Assembly (NCBI GenBank): GCA_964441745.1
Contig: CAYTYR010000011.1
Span: 1 to 64,000 of the forward strand
Length of the DNA: 64,000 nt
From: an uncultured Clostridia bacterium
GTDB taxonomy: Bacteria; CAYTYR01; UBA6262
Reading direction: 5' to 3'
This document shows, piece by piece, positions 47,400 through 57,115 of the stretch. The translations under genes were made by a program, and so were the position numbers. The notes under the pieces are model-generated. The model worked only from the letters and a program-made list of their open reading frames with translations. It did no database searches and was not told where the DNA came from. Every line of letters starts with the position of its first letter. Position 1 is the first letter of the stretch.

Positions 47400-48179
47400 T
47401 TATTTACCCAATTTATTTAATGCCACTTCTGCCGCCTTCCGGCCAGAATAGAGCATAGCGCTAAAGGTAGGCCCCATCCTGGGGACTCCATATGCCGTAG
47501 AGACGCTCATTCCGCAGATGATCAGCCCGGGAAATATTTCCCCGGATTTCTCTACCACCTGTTCCTCGGAAGACTCCACATCCATCGGCCCAAAATCAGC
47601 GATCTGGAGCAATCCCCTTTTAGCCAGGCTTTTGCAGACACAGGCATCATGCCCGGTAGCGTCAATGACTACCTTTGCCTCCACTGTGACCGGATCCAGG
47701 CAGGAGATCGCCCGTGGCATATAGGCCACCGGTGTCCAGTTGATCACCGCACCTTTCACTTTCTTGTCCTTATACAGCACATCATCAAACCGGGTCAGGT
47801 TAAGTATCCTAACCCCGGCATCTGCTGTCGCGGCGATCAACTTGGCGCATATTTGCGGCGCGCTGCCGATAAAAAGCCCTTTAGAAGCCTCTCGGCACGG
47901 AATGCCGAATTCTTTGAGCAATTGTTCACCGGGAGAGCGAAAGGTCAGGGTATTCATCAGATACCCGCCGGTCCAAAAGCCGCCTCCTAGATAGTTATTG
48001 CTTTCTATCAAAAGCACTTTTTTGCCGGCTTTGGCCAGGTCATGGGCAGCCACCAGCCCGCTTGGGCCGCCGCCGATCACAATCACGTCGTTTTTCAAAT
48101 ACTGGCTGAACCAGGAATAGAAATCCTGCGCCATAGCCCCGGTTATTTCTGCTTCACTTACCTTACTGAATTTCATCAC
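47400..48179 (-). CDS. thi4: Thiazole synthase Thi4 (Cys-type)
   Basis: GGGPSGL, LGGGFW.GG, GAVINW, SCLDP, DATGHD, PRMGPTF..M..SG; TPP riboswitch upstream. Confidence 0.92.
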   Translation of the reverse strand: MMKFSKVSEAEITGAMAQDFYSWFSQYLKNDVIVIGGGPSGLVAAHDLAKAGKKVLLIESNNYLGGGFWTGGYLMNTLTFRSPGEQLLKEFGIPCREASKGLFIGSAPQICAKLIAATADAGVRILNLTRFDDVLYKDKKVKGAVINWTPVAYMPRAISCLDPVTVEAKVVIDATGHDACVCKSLAKRGLLQIADFGPMDVESSEEQVVEKSGEIFPGLIICGMSVSTAYGVPRMGPTFSAMLYSGRKAAEVALNKLGK

Positions 48180-48195
48180 TACCTCCTTTTAAAAT

Positions 48196-48225
48196 AAAAA
48201 TCCCATACTGCGAAGTATGGGAAAA
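48196..48225 (-). terminator. Expression-platform terminator of the TPP riboswitch
   Basis: TCCCATAC-TTCGCA-GTATGGGA followed by TTTTTATTTT. Confidence 0.75.
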
Positions 48226-48240
48226 GCAAAAACCTTAACA

Positions 48241-48350
48241 CCTCCCTCCGCTGGCATTACCCAGATCAGGTTACGCTCTGATATGATCAGAGCCAAGGTC
48301 TCCCGCTCATTACACGGGACTCTCAGGTCGCTTCACGACCTCCCTTGGGT
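48241..48350 (-). ncRNA. TPP riboswitch
   Basis: Minus strand CCAAGGG...CTGAGA...GACCTTGG...AACCTGATCTGGGTAATGCCAGCGGAGGGA. Confidence 0.92.
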
Positions 48351-48399
48351 TCAATCTATATTCAATTGTTTTATACTATATTCAAAACCGCTAACTTAG

Positions 48400-48942
48400 T
48401 CAAGATATTTTATAGAACATGTTCAAAGAGGTAGAGCCTATTGCCTGGTCAAAATCTTTCAGCCATTTTACGATATAACTCTTATCAAATTTGGGGTTCT
48501 TTAAAATGATCGTTTTAACATCCTCAATATCTCTCTCCCTGCCGGCAATCATCTTATGAATGATCAAGTCTTCCAGGGACGCGAATCTTACGTTTTGCCT
48601 GCCCAGTTTTATCTTTTTAGCTCGTTTAATAGCCTGCTGTTCATAAGGTGTATATGAGAAAATAAAATCCACTCTAATCCCAGTTTTTTGATCAACAGCC
48701 GGAAAAACCATAGTTTGCTTGACAAAATCGTCGATGTTATCGGTCAAAATTGTAAGGCCCAGTTTCTTGGCCACTGTCTTTATTTTATTCACATCTTCTG
48801 CGCCTATTCCCAGGGTGATATCTATATCTTTGGTTAATCTTGGCTCGCCATAAATCAATACGGCCTGCCCGCCGATTACCATATAGGGAATATCGTTTTT
48901 ACTAAGTTCTATGGCTAGCTTTGCGAGTAGCTGCTGGAACAC
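48400..48942 (-). CDS. Nucleotidyltransferase-like protein (DUF6036-like)
   Basis: YMVIGGQAV..YGEPRLTKDIDI, RVDFIF, EDLIIHK..AGR.RDIED. Confidence 0.82.
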   Translation of the reverse strand: MFQQLLAKLAIELSKNDIPYMVIGGQAVLIYGEPRLTKDIDITLGIGAEDVNKIKTVAKKLGLTILTDNIDDFVKQTMVFPAVDQKTGIRVDFIFSYTPYEQQAIKRAKKIKLGRQNVRFASLEDLIIHKMIAGRERDIEDVKTIILKNPKFDKSYIVKWLKDFDQAIGSTSLNMFYKIS

Positions 48943-49132
48943 TATTAACCACCTTGGCGATCTTTGTTATTATATCCAATTCTGCGAGAGGATCTTTCAA
49001 TGGCAGTACTTTCAGGACCAAAGCTTCCTTGTACATAGCTTCCATAAGAGCAAAATTCTCCTTAATATTCACTTTTTGGCTTTGTTTCAGCTTAGTCTCA
49101 AATTTCAGCCATTTTAAATAATTACGTATCAT
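48902..49132 (-). CDS. Small partner protein (putative antitoxin)
   Basis: 76 aa overlapping the NTase start; AGGAG RBS. Confidence 0.65.
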   Translation of the reverse strand: MIRNYLKWLKFETKLKQSQKVNIKENFALMEAMYKEALVLKVLPLKDPLAELDIITKIAKVVNSVPAATRKASHRT

Positions 49133-49187
49133 TTAGAACTCCTTTATATATAAGTATTATACCATAAAAAGGCCTATAAATATACCC

Positions 49188-49799
49188 TTATTCCACAGCG
49201 GAGGTGGAACGGCGGTAAACCGTATAAAACAGGATGGCGGCAACGACCGCGCCCAGGGTGTCGGACAACATATCCTTCTGCGCGTCCCAAATATCTCCCT
49301 GGCTTCCTAATATCGCTATCCCCGCGTTCGGGTTGGCAGTAACGGCATATATCCATTCAAACAGTTCGTAAAGCAATGCCACGGTACAGATGGTGAATAC
49401 GCTAAAAAGACAGGTCAATACCAGTGAATTTGAAAGTTTCCTGCGCTGGATGAATTCCCCGATCGGGAAAGCGTAGAATCCAACCGTAAAATGGGCTATC
49501 CGGTCATAATGATTGCGTTCGAAACCGAAAAGATCGGTAATAAAGCCAAAAGGCACCAGGGCGAAAGAATAATGGCCGCCAAAAGTGTGCATGAAAATAA
49601 GAAAACTCATCATGATGTAGGAAAGATTGGAGAACTGGAATTTCCGGTAAGTAAATACCAGTACGAGAACGATCGGCAGGATGGTCATGTTCTCCACGAA
49701 CCAGACTGAACGGTCATAAGGACTGACAGCCAAAACGCAGAAAAAAATGAGGTACGCTAATAAAAGCATTCCCGGCAATTTCGCCGTTTTTTCATTCAT
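49188..49799 (-). CDS. DUF2238/YjdF-like membrane protein
   Basis: DR..W..EN, H..GGHY....VP, RNHYDR..HF, YE..EW, LG.QGD.WDAQKDM. Confidence 0.88.
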   Translation of the reverse strand: MNEKTAKLPGMLLLAYLIFFCVLAVSPYDRSVWFVENMTILPIVLVLVFTYRKFQFSNLSYIMMSFLIFMHTFGGHYSFALVPFGFITDLFGFERNHYDRIAHFTVGFYAFPIGEFIQRRKLSNSLVLTCLFSVFTICTVALLYELFEWIYAVTANPNAGIAILGSQGDIWDAQKDMLSDTLGAVVAAILFYTVYRRSTSAVE

Positions 49800-49829
49800 G
49801 GGTATATTCTCCCGCCTTTCCTTCCTCGC

Positions 49830-50897
49830 TTATTTATACTTCTTGATCCCTTTTAAGGCGTTTTTTACATGCTTCCCGAAAGTTTTGTCCTTTTTCCTTT
49901 TTTCTACATAGGACATCTCATTATAGCGCGCTTCTTTTTGGAGTTTCTGGTAGCTAGTCAATCGCCCGGCCAATATTTGGCCTTTATGCAAAGCTTCAAT
50001 AATCGCACAGCCAGGTTCATTAGTATGGGTACAATCCTTAAACCGGCATTTTAAGGCCAGAGAAGTTATTTCGCTAAAAGTCTCTGTTAATCCCGTAACG
50101 ACAGAAATGTTCCCAAACTCCCTCATGCCGGGAGTGTCTATGAGCAATCCTCCTGAATCCAGGATTATGAGATGCCTTCTATTGGTGGTATGCCTCCCAT
50201 GGGAATCACTGACTCTTACTGCCGCGGTTTTATAAATATCTGCCCCTATTAGTTTGTTCAGCAGGGTGGTTTTCCCGACTCCCGAAGAACCAATAAGGGT
50301 ATAGGTCCTGCCAGGTTCAATGCTGCGCTGGATATCTTCCAGCCCCAGGCCGGTTTTATTGCTAAAAGCCATGACCTTAATATCTATATCTAGATCGCGA
50401 ACAGTGGCGATCTTTTCTTGTATCTCCTGTTCCGTCATCAGATCTGTTTTACTTAAAAGAACAACGGAATTGATATTGTCTTCCTTGACCGCAGCCAAGT
50501 AGCGCTCCAGCCTTCTGAGGTTAAAATTAGCATCCAGCGATTGCATAATAAAAGCAGTGTCAATATTAGCTGATAATAGCTGGTATTCTATTTTTTTACC
50601 CGCAGTCTTTCTGCTCAGTAGTGATTTTCTGGGTAATATTTCATGGATGATCGCCAGGGTATCATTATTATGGTACTTTACATAGACCCAATCTCCTACG
50701 GTAGGCAGGTCCATGCTTGAACTCGCCTGGAACCTGAGCTTACCTTCTATTTCCGCGAAGGTCTCATTTTTCTCCCCGATGACGATATAACCATCCCGGT
50801 CAACTGCCGCCACCCTGGCCAACTGATACGCTACCCCTGAGGACTTTTTGACCTTTTCCGCAAACCAGTCATCAAATCCTATTTTTTTTAATTCCAT
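49830..50897 (-). CDS. rsgA: Ribosome small subunit-dependent GTPase A, copy 1
   Basis: VGDWV, RRLERY, SKTD, GSSGVGKT, GRHTT, DTPG, C.F.DC.H..EPGC. Confidence 0.93.
   Translation of the reverse strand: MELKKIGFDDWFAEKVKKSSGVAYQLARVAAVDRDGYIVIGEKNETFAEIEGKLRFQASSSMDLPTVGDWVYVKYHNNDTLAIIHEILPRKSLLSRKTAGKKIEYQLLSANIDTAFIMQSLDANFNLRRLERYLAAVKEDNINSVVLLSKTDLMTEQEIQEKIATVRDLDIDIKVMAFSNKTGLGLEDIQRSIEPGRTYTLIGSSGVGKTTLLNKLIGADIYKTAAVRVSDSHGRHTTNRRHLIILDSGGLLIDTPGMREFGNISVVTGLTETFSEITSLALKCRFKDCTHTNEPGCAIIEALHKGQILAGRLTSYQKLQKEARYNEMSYVEKRKKDKTFGKHVKNALKGIKKYK
49861..50832. repeat. ~972-bp identical direct repeat, copy 1 (copy 2 at 57147-58118)
   Basis: Internal rsgA nucleotide sequence matches copy 2 by eye; both gene ends diverge. 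Confidence 0.9.
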
Positions 50898-50907
50898 TAT
50901 TTATCAC

Positions 50908-52986
50908 CTATTTCACAATGGCGATTTTGCCGACTTGCTGTTCCCCTTCAGCATCTACCACATAAGCGTATATGCCGCTCGCTACATACTCGCCATCTTC
51001 ATTTTTCCCATCCCAGGTGGCTATTTTTGACCCAGCGCCAGCGAGAATCTCTTTCCCATCATCTAAAGTCCGTACTAATTCACCAGCGATGTTGTAGATT
51101 TTTATAGTAATGGTCTTGTCAAATGGCAATTTGGTAATTCTGATGGCCTGTCCATTCTTAGGGCTGCCGGGATTAGGCCAGCTATATACATCCTTTAAGG
51201 GAAATTCCAAAACGACAGTTTGTCCATCTGAATTGGTAACGCCAGATAATAAGCCTGCCCCATTCTCCGCCTTAACAGTAAAATAATATTTTGTTTTGTT
51301 AGTTAGGGTCAAACCAGTCTTAACCACATAGGTACTTACCCCAACATCGGTCCAGGTAACTACATTGGTACCTCCGGCAGTAGTGCCTATCCCATACCAA
51401 TATCTGGCAATACCGCTTTCTGAGTCACTTGACGAGGCCCAATTGGCGGACAAAGTAGTACTCGAATTTACTGAATCAATATCCGCGGCAGTACCGTCGT
51501 ATATATAAGATATAGTTGACGGGACAGAAGTATCGTTGGACTTGGCATAAGCTTTTAGGCAGACATTAGCCTCAGCGTAATCACTATTAATAGTAGTAAT
51601 ATCAGACCAGGAGGTGCCGTTGGAACTTATATAGCTTTCCCCGGCATTGCTGGTAGCATCACTGCTATACCATTCGCCTAGGGTACTATTATAATAAGGA
51701 ACTTCATACGCAATAGGATAATTATATCCCGGAGTGGTAAGCTTTACTACTATTGAAAACTTCTGTCCGGAGGTAATTGATATTGCTGAATCTAAAACAA
51801 CAGTATGGTATCCAGTAATTGCAATGGTACCGGTTTTAGTTACGGCTAATGTCCCGCCGACAGGATTGGAGCCGGTATCTTTATAAACACGGACCTCATA
51901 AGTTGAATTTAAAGCCCCGGTATAAAAACCAACCGCTTTAAGCGATTCAGCGGCAGTAGCGGTAAAGATATTGGCAAACCAGCCAGTAGCGCTGCTATAT
52001 CCGGTACTGCGTACCCAGCCGAGCGGGTCATATTGATAAATTTTATAATAGTTGGTGATGGATTCGGCATTTTCAAAAACAGCCAGATCTGTGCCAATAA
52101 CCGAGTCATAATAAGAAACATAAAAATAGCCTTCTTCTCCCCAAGTCGTGCCCCAGCTATTTTTAACGATAAAGGCGCCATTACCAGCAGGAGTGGTGGT
52201 AAAATTAGTACGGCTATAGTTGTCATCCCAGCCAACGATGGCGACACAATGATCACTGCCGGCGATGCCATTATAATAATAAGAATGATTGGTAGAATCA
52301 TAATAACTATCAATACTGCCACCGTTAGTATAGATGCAGGTATAGATGGCGCCGTAAGTCATAATCGATTGCTTAATGTTGTCATTATCCGTAGCCGAAC
52401 TTCTGGCCGGCAGGAAGAGCACTTCCTGAACACGTTTTTTCAAGGTTAATCCTGAAGGAGAAACATCAGGGTTGGGATAAGGATCGTCGGCCTCATTTAC
52501 CGGCCCGCCCCACCTGGCTAAATAAGCTGTAGACATAAAGTGATTCCCGCCATCATCATAACCATAATCAAAACCATCTTTATTAACCAGATTATTTTCA
52601 GAAAAATCCCAGGTTTCATTAGGCATAAGATAAGATTCTAATGAAGCATAGGTGGCATATGCCCAGCATGTACCGTATGCTCCCTGGTTTTTTACAGAGG
52701 TAAGCTTATTTTCATCCCGCAGATCATAGCTGGAAGAGTAAGCTGAGGCAGAAAACGGCCAGGAGACCTGCTGCCCTTTTAAATGGGACAGATCAATAGT
52801 TGGCGGAAAATATCCCGCCAGATGCCCTCCTGCAGTTTGTGTCTTAATTTTCCCTTGGCTTAGATCGTCCAGGTACTTAAGAAACTTGGGATTAAGAGGC
52901 GCTTCAACAGGATCTTCGGCAAAAACAAATTGGGCAAAACTAAGCATTAAAATCAGGCTAGCCAAAACAAAAAATAATTTCTTCAT
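50908..52986 (-). CDS. Secreted papain-like (C1A) cysteine protease with lectin-like, FN3-like and FlgD-Ig-like C-terminal domains
   Basis: NQG.YGTCWA, DHCVAIVGWDD, VKNSWG; C-terminal IKIYNIAGELVRTL...WDGKNEDG..VASGIY. Confidence 0.88.
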   Translation of the reverse strand: MKKLFFVLASLILMLSFAQFVFAEDPVEAPLNPKFLKYLDDLSQGKIKTQTAGGHLAGYFPPTIDLSHLKGQQVSWPFSASAYSSSYDLRDENKLTSVKNQGAYGTCWAYATYASLESYLMPNETWDFSENNLVNKDGFDYGYDDGGNHFMSTAYLARWGGPVNEADDPYPNPDVSPSGLTLKKRVQEVLFLPARSSATDNDNIKQSIMTYGAIYTCIYTNGGSIDSYYDSTNHSYYYNGIAGSDHCVAIVGWDDNYSRTNFTTTPAGNGAFIVKNSWGTTWGEEGYFYVSYYDSVIGTDLAVFENAESITNYYKIYQYDPLGWVRSTGYSSATGWFANIFTATAAESLKAVGFYTGALNSTYEVRVYKDTGSNPVGGTLAVTKTGTIAITGYHTVVLDSAISITSGQKFSIVVKLTTPGYNYPIAYEVPYYNSTLGEWYSSDATSNAGESYISSNGTSWSDITTINSDYAEANVCLKAYAKSNDTSVPSTISYIYDGTAADIDSVNSSTTLSANWASSSDSESGIARYWYGIGTTAGGTNVVTWTDVGVSTYVVKTGLTLTNKTKYYFTVKAENGAGLLSGVTNSDGQTVVLEFPLKDVYSWPNPGSPKNGQAIRITKLPFDKTITIKIYNIAGELVRTLDDGKEILAGAGSKIATWDGKNEDGEYVASGIYAYVVDAEGEQQVGKIAIVK

Positions 52987-53128
52987 ATCTGCCTCCACAA
53001 ATTTGTTAATCCCTTTTTTCTCATTCTCTTTCTGCATCCATTTCTACTAATAGCTTTTGTTTTACTTATACCCTTGTCTCTGCTTCCTGTCAACTCCTAA
53101 ATCATCCATTGTCATCTAAGAATTAAAA

Positions 53129-53314
53129 GTGCGCTTATCTTCTTACAACTACAGCTATATCCAGTCCCGTTTACAGGAGAAATACCAACAAATCGTCTCT
53201 TTGCCTACCATCATTGACCGCGCTAAAAAAAACAACTTCTATCTGCCCAGAAAACCAGCCAAAAAAACTCACAATAGAGAAGTTTTAACTAATCACATCG
53301 GCGTATATAGTTAA
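53129..53314 (+). mobile_element. Probable transposase remnant
   Basis: NYSYIQ..L..KY...VSLPTIIDRAK...FY.......H.REVLTN.IG resembles the segment preceding an rve-type DDE core (recalled, not searched); stops abruptly. Confidence 0.5.
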
Positions 53315-53365
53315 GTATATGGGTCATGTGACCCAGCCGGCGCAGGTGGAATAGAATGTTTCCAG

Positions 53366-53629
53366 CTATTTTGATATGTACCTGTGAATAATACTAGCGA
53401 TAAGGGTTTGATAAGGCATCCCTTGCTCAACAGCTTTCCTTTGGATATGTATCAAATCCCTTTCAGATAAACGGATATTTATCCTTTTATTCTTTAATAG
53501 GGTGTTACTGGCATAGCGCTGATAGCGGCGTTTTTCGGCTTTTACCTTCTTTACCGGAATTAGCTTGCCTTGCTCAAAATCCTTTAACATTTCCTTCTCT
53601 GCTATTGCTAAGTTTTTCATATCTTTCAC
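53366..53629 (-). CDS. BrnA/CopG-like antitoxin
   Basis: KRINIRLS..DL..IQ.KA...GMPYQTLI.S..H.Y. Confidence 0.82.
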   Translation of the reverse strand: MKDMKNLAIAEKEMLKDFEQGKLIPVKKVKAEKRRYQRYASNTLLKNKRINIRLSERDLIHIQRKAVEQGMPYQTLIASIIHRYISK

Positions 53630-53898
53630 CTCTCTAAATATTCCTTAGTTGCCTTTCGGCTGGGGATGATCGGTTTCAAGAATATTACTTCTTTGTTTTC
53701 CACAAATGGCACCAAATATATGTAACCATCAATATCTATGATAAAAATCTTCTGGCCTGGATATCTTTTTCGGTTAGGATGCGCTGCAATATCAATAACG
53801 CTTCCCCTTTCTATATAAAACACAACTTCTTCAAATGATATACCGCGTTCCTGCTTGAGCTTCTTATTCTTCGTCTCATTCCACTCGATTATCTTCAT
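53626..53898 (-). CDS. BrnT family toxin
   Basis: EWN..KN..L..ERGISFEEV, YIYLVPFV, FLK.IIPSRKATK.Y; promoter TTGACA-17-TATATT. Confidence 0.82.
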   Translation of the reverse strand: MKIIEWNETKNKKLKQERGISFEEVVFYIERGSVIDIAAHPNRKRYPGQKIFIIDIDGYIYLVPFVENKEVIFLKPIIPSRKATKEYLER

Positions 53899-54023
53899 CT
53901 TGTAATCAATATATCCTATTGTGTGCCTTTTGTCAACAGATATATTCTACCCCCCCCCTAAAAAATCAAAGCAACCCGGACTTCCCAGGTTGCTTTGATT
54001 TGTTTTTATATACTTCTTTCAGC

Positions 54024-55421
54024 TCACTTCGGTGTTGAAGCCGGGACCGTATCCAGGTTAAGTACATTCGGCGCGAATACCGGGTCAATGCCGTCCGGCT
54101 TGGTGCCTGACTGGATCACGCCGTCTTTTTCGCCCAGGTCCAACTGGTCGACTTTTTGATTCATTTCGCTATACATCGAATCAACTACATTTTCCGGCGT
54201 AAAATAGTTACTATTGATCTCTTCCGCCGCTTCTTTCAGTTTTTTGAGGTCTTCTGCTCCTGGATTATTGTTGATCAATTTCAGCAGGCGGTTATAAAGT
54301 GACCGGAAATCGCCGGCCAGGCCCTTGAATTGTTCCTGTAATCTGCTGGCCTGCACCAGGGAATAGGAAGCAGACTGGGAAAGAGTCCGTCCCGACAGCG
54401 GCGGCGGGCAAGTACAGCCTGGTCCTCCATCATATTCTCCGCCCCGGCGCGAAATGGTGATAGCCTGGCCGGAATCCACCAGCTTCATGAAATAGTTGTA
54501 ATATTTCGAGAACTCGTTAAATGTATTAATGATATTATCATTGAGTGCCGGCATTTCCGTGACCATCGATTGTTTTTCCAATAGCTCAGCCACTTTGCTC
54601 AGGATCCATTGTTTAGTCGAGTTCGCCGCCAGGAACTTGAGATTGTTCTTGAACGCGTCCAGCGCAGCCCGCAGAGCCTGGCGCTGCGTTTCCAGTTCTT
54701 TCTTCTTTTGTTCGATTTCCTGCTGTTTGATCATGTCCCGGCGCAGGGTATTTACTACTACCCGGACTTGTTTATAGGCCTGACCACTGGCCGTACCCGC
54801 CCAGTTACTCGGCAGTTCGTTCCCTACTTCCTTGGCATATTCATAAAAGAAGGCCCGAACCTTCAGCTTGCCAGCTCCGGGAGCGTACAAATAATCCATA
54901 AATTTATCTATACCAGCGGTAGTAAAATAGGTTGGATCAGCTTTGTAAATATCAGTATATATCTTATTAAAGTTCGCGTTGAAAATATCTTTATTCAGGG
55001 ATTGGATCTCCGCATCCAAAGCTTTTCCCGCCAACAGCACCCAGCCGATAATCGGCACGTAGGCTTCGGCGATGGCCAGCTCGCCTACACCAGCTGCCGC
55101 TTTGTAATCCCCGGCATAAATATTCTCCCCTATTTCTAAGGCAGTAGTGACCTTGCCCATATCTACTATCTTTTTAAACAGGTCTTCATTGCCACCGATG
55201 ACATTACCGGTGCGCTCGGTCCAATATTCGTTAAGCTGGTCTAAAAAGATATCGTAGGAATCATTATTAAGTTTGTTCATGACATTCTCGCGGATGAATT
55301 GCCCTATCGCGCCATCCCCTGTTGATCCAGGAACCACTACTCTTTCTTCCGCCGCGAAAGCCGGCAGGAGTAGTCCGCTCAGGGCCATGGTCGTTAATAA
55401 GAATATCTTTAGAATTTTCAT
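54024..55421 (-). CDS. Secreted hypothetical protein with coiled coil
   Basis: Signal peptide (PAFA|AE), GGAGG RBS. Confidence 0.7.
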   Translation of the reverse strand: MKILKIFLLTTMALSGLLLPAFAAEERVVVPGSTGDGAIGQFIRENVMNKLNNDSYDIFLDQLNEYWTERTGNVIGGNEDLFKKIVDMGKVTTALEIGENIYAGDYKAAAGVGELAIAEAYVPIIGWVLLAGKALDAEIQSLNKDIFNANFNKIYTDIYKADPTYFTTAGIDKFMDYLYAPGAGKLKVRAFFYEYAKEVGNELPSNWAGTASGQAYKQVRVVVNTLRRDMIKQQEIEQKKKELETQRQALRAALDAFKNNLKFLAANSTKQWILSKVAELLEKQSMVTEMPALNDNIINTFNEFSKYYNYFMKLVDSGQAITISRRGGEYDGGPGCTCPPPLSGRTLSQSASYSLVQASRLQEQFKGLAGDFRSLYNRLLKLINNNPGAEDLKKLKEAAEEINSNYFTPENVVDSMYSEMNQKVDQLDLGEKDGVIQSGTKPDGIDPVFAPNVLNLDTVPASTPK

Positions 55422-55432
55422 AATCGCCTCCC

Positions 55433-56962
55433 TTAATTAAAGATCCGGTTGAATTTATAAACCAGTTGCACTTGAGCGAACATTTGGCTCACGCCGATAG
55501 AAGCCAGGCCATTGTCATTGACATTGTCGGCATAGGAAATATCGCAGGACAGGTCCAGGAAATTGGTGACCTCCTGGCGGTATTGGAGCCGCACATCGGA
55601 TAATTCGGTAGTGAACTTTTCCGGTTGCGCTTTATAATACAAGAACATGCGGTAATTATAGGCGATATTAATCCGCACTTCGCGGGTCACGACCAAGCCG
55701 CTCGATATCCTGATGCCGTAGAGCAGGAAGTTAGCCGGGTTTTTAAACATGGAATCATCAGTATCCACGGCATTAGAATCAGCGTTGGGATCACGATATA
55801 AACGGTGGCCGAGTTGCGGTCCCACAGAGAAAGAACCATACGAGTATGAACTCCACTCCCATCCTCCGTGGACAATATCTTCCAGGAAATCCTGGCCCTT
55901 GGAGACGACCTCATCGCTGTTTGACCAGCGTTTCAGTTTTAAACTGTTTTCCAGGTACATGCTCCTGGTGCCGACCATGGCAGTGTGCCGGTCCAGGCCC
56001 CAAAACCATTCCAGGTATCCATTGGCTGTATCTTCTTTGGGATTAAAAATATTGATCTTGTGATAATTACCGGCAGTTCTCCATTTTTTTGGGCTCAGGA
56101 CGAAATTACGGTAACCAAATTCATAAAGGCTAAAGTTATTGGTATCGGTATTGGGATAGCTCTCATTATAGATAGAGCCGTTCCAACGGGCGGTCCCGCT
56201 GGCTGAGACTGTGTTATAGGCTGCTCCTATTTCCATTTCTTTCCGGTCATTACCTTGGGCGATCGCGTCATATTTGACATTGCGCCAATGCAGGGATCCT
56301 TCCAGATTGTCACTGCCTCCCAGATCGTAAGTATACAATCCCTTAAGGGTATTCCACTTGAAACTGGAGGTCTTGGTCTCGGCCTCCTGGCTGAAATAGT
56401 CATAGTCTATATTAAGGGTATCGCGCATATTACGTAATTTGAAGTCTGTGCCAAGCCGGAGGTTATTATCCTTGTAACTCCGGGGATCATCGTCTGCTTT
56501 TTTATTGTAAAAATTATAGTTAAATCTCAGGTTGAAGGTATCGGTCAGGTTAAGATTAGAGATCAATGCCAGGTTATGGCTGTTAAAATCTGTTTCGGTA
56601 TTGATCTTGTCATTATAGTTACGGAAATTGTATCCCAGTTTTAACTGCCCCTGCTTACCAAATATAGGCATGAGCCCCTGGGTAAATCCAATTCCGCCCT
56701 GATTCTCGCGTACCGGTGTCACTAACTGGGTTTCTTCAGTCATCAGGTTGAAATTAAGCAACCGCTCCTGGGCGAACGGCATATAAGCGTTCAGGCCAAG
56801 ATTGAGCGGAGTAATGGAGTTTGCCACTCCATAGGCGTCTGTGTAAGAATAGCGGGTGAGAGCGCCACTGGCTGTCCCATTTAAATGCAGCTCGGCATAA
56901 ACAGGCCTTGATAAGGTCGCAATAAAAATGAGACTAGCTAAAACAATGAAAAATTTTCTCAT
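55433..56962 (-). CDS. Putative outer-membrane beta-barrel protein
   Basis: Signal peptide (VYA|E), many Y/N-rich alternating strands, C-terminal QVQLVYKF. Confidence 0.65.
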   Translation of the reverse strand: MRKFFIVLASLIFIATLSRPVYAELHLNGTASGALTRYSYTDAYGVANSITPLNLGLNAYMPFAQERLLNFNLMTEETQLVTPVRENQGGIGFTQGLMPIFGKQGQLKLGYNFRNYNDKINTETDFNSHNLALISNLNLTDTFNLRFNYNFYNKKADDDPRSYKDNNLRLGTDFKLRNMRDTLNIDYDYFSQEAETKTSSFKWNTLKGLYTYDLGGSDNLEGSLHWRNVKYDAIAQGNDRKEMEIGAAYNTVSASGTARWNGSIYNESYPNTDTNNFSLYEFGYRNFVLSPKKWRTAGNYHKINIFNPKEDTANGYLEWFWGLDRHTAMVGTRSMYLENSLKLKRWSNSDEVVSKGQDFLEDIVHGGWEWSSYSYGSFSVGPQLGHRLYRDPNADSNAVDTDDSMFKNPANFLLYGIRISSGLVVTREVRINIAYNYRMFLYYKAQPEKFTTELSDVRLQYRQEVTNFLDLSCDISYADNVNDNGLASIGVSQMFAQVQLVYKFNRIFN

Positions 56963-57115
56963 GCAGACACCTCCGAGAAAGATGGGGAAACAGAATAAAA
57001 AAATGGTTTTATTGATTAATTTTATATTGTTTTATACACTTTAAAGTTGATATTGTCAATAAATATATACAATAAAATAAGACCTGAATTTTGACTTTTT
57101 TGGTTTAAAGTTAGT

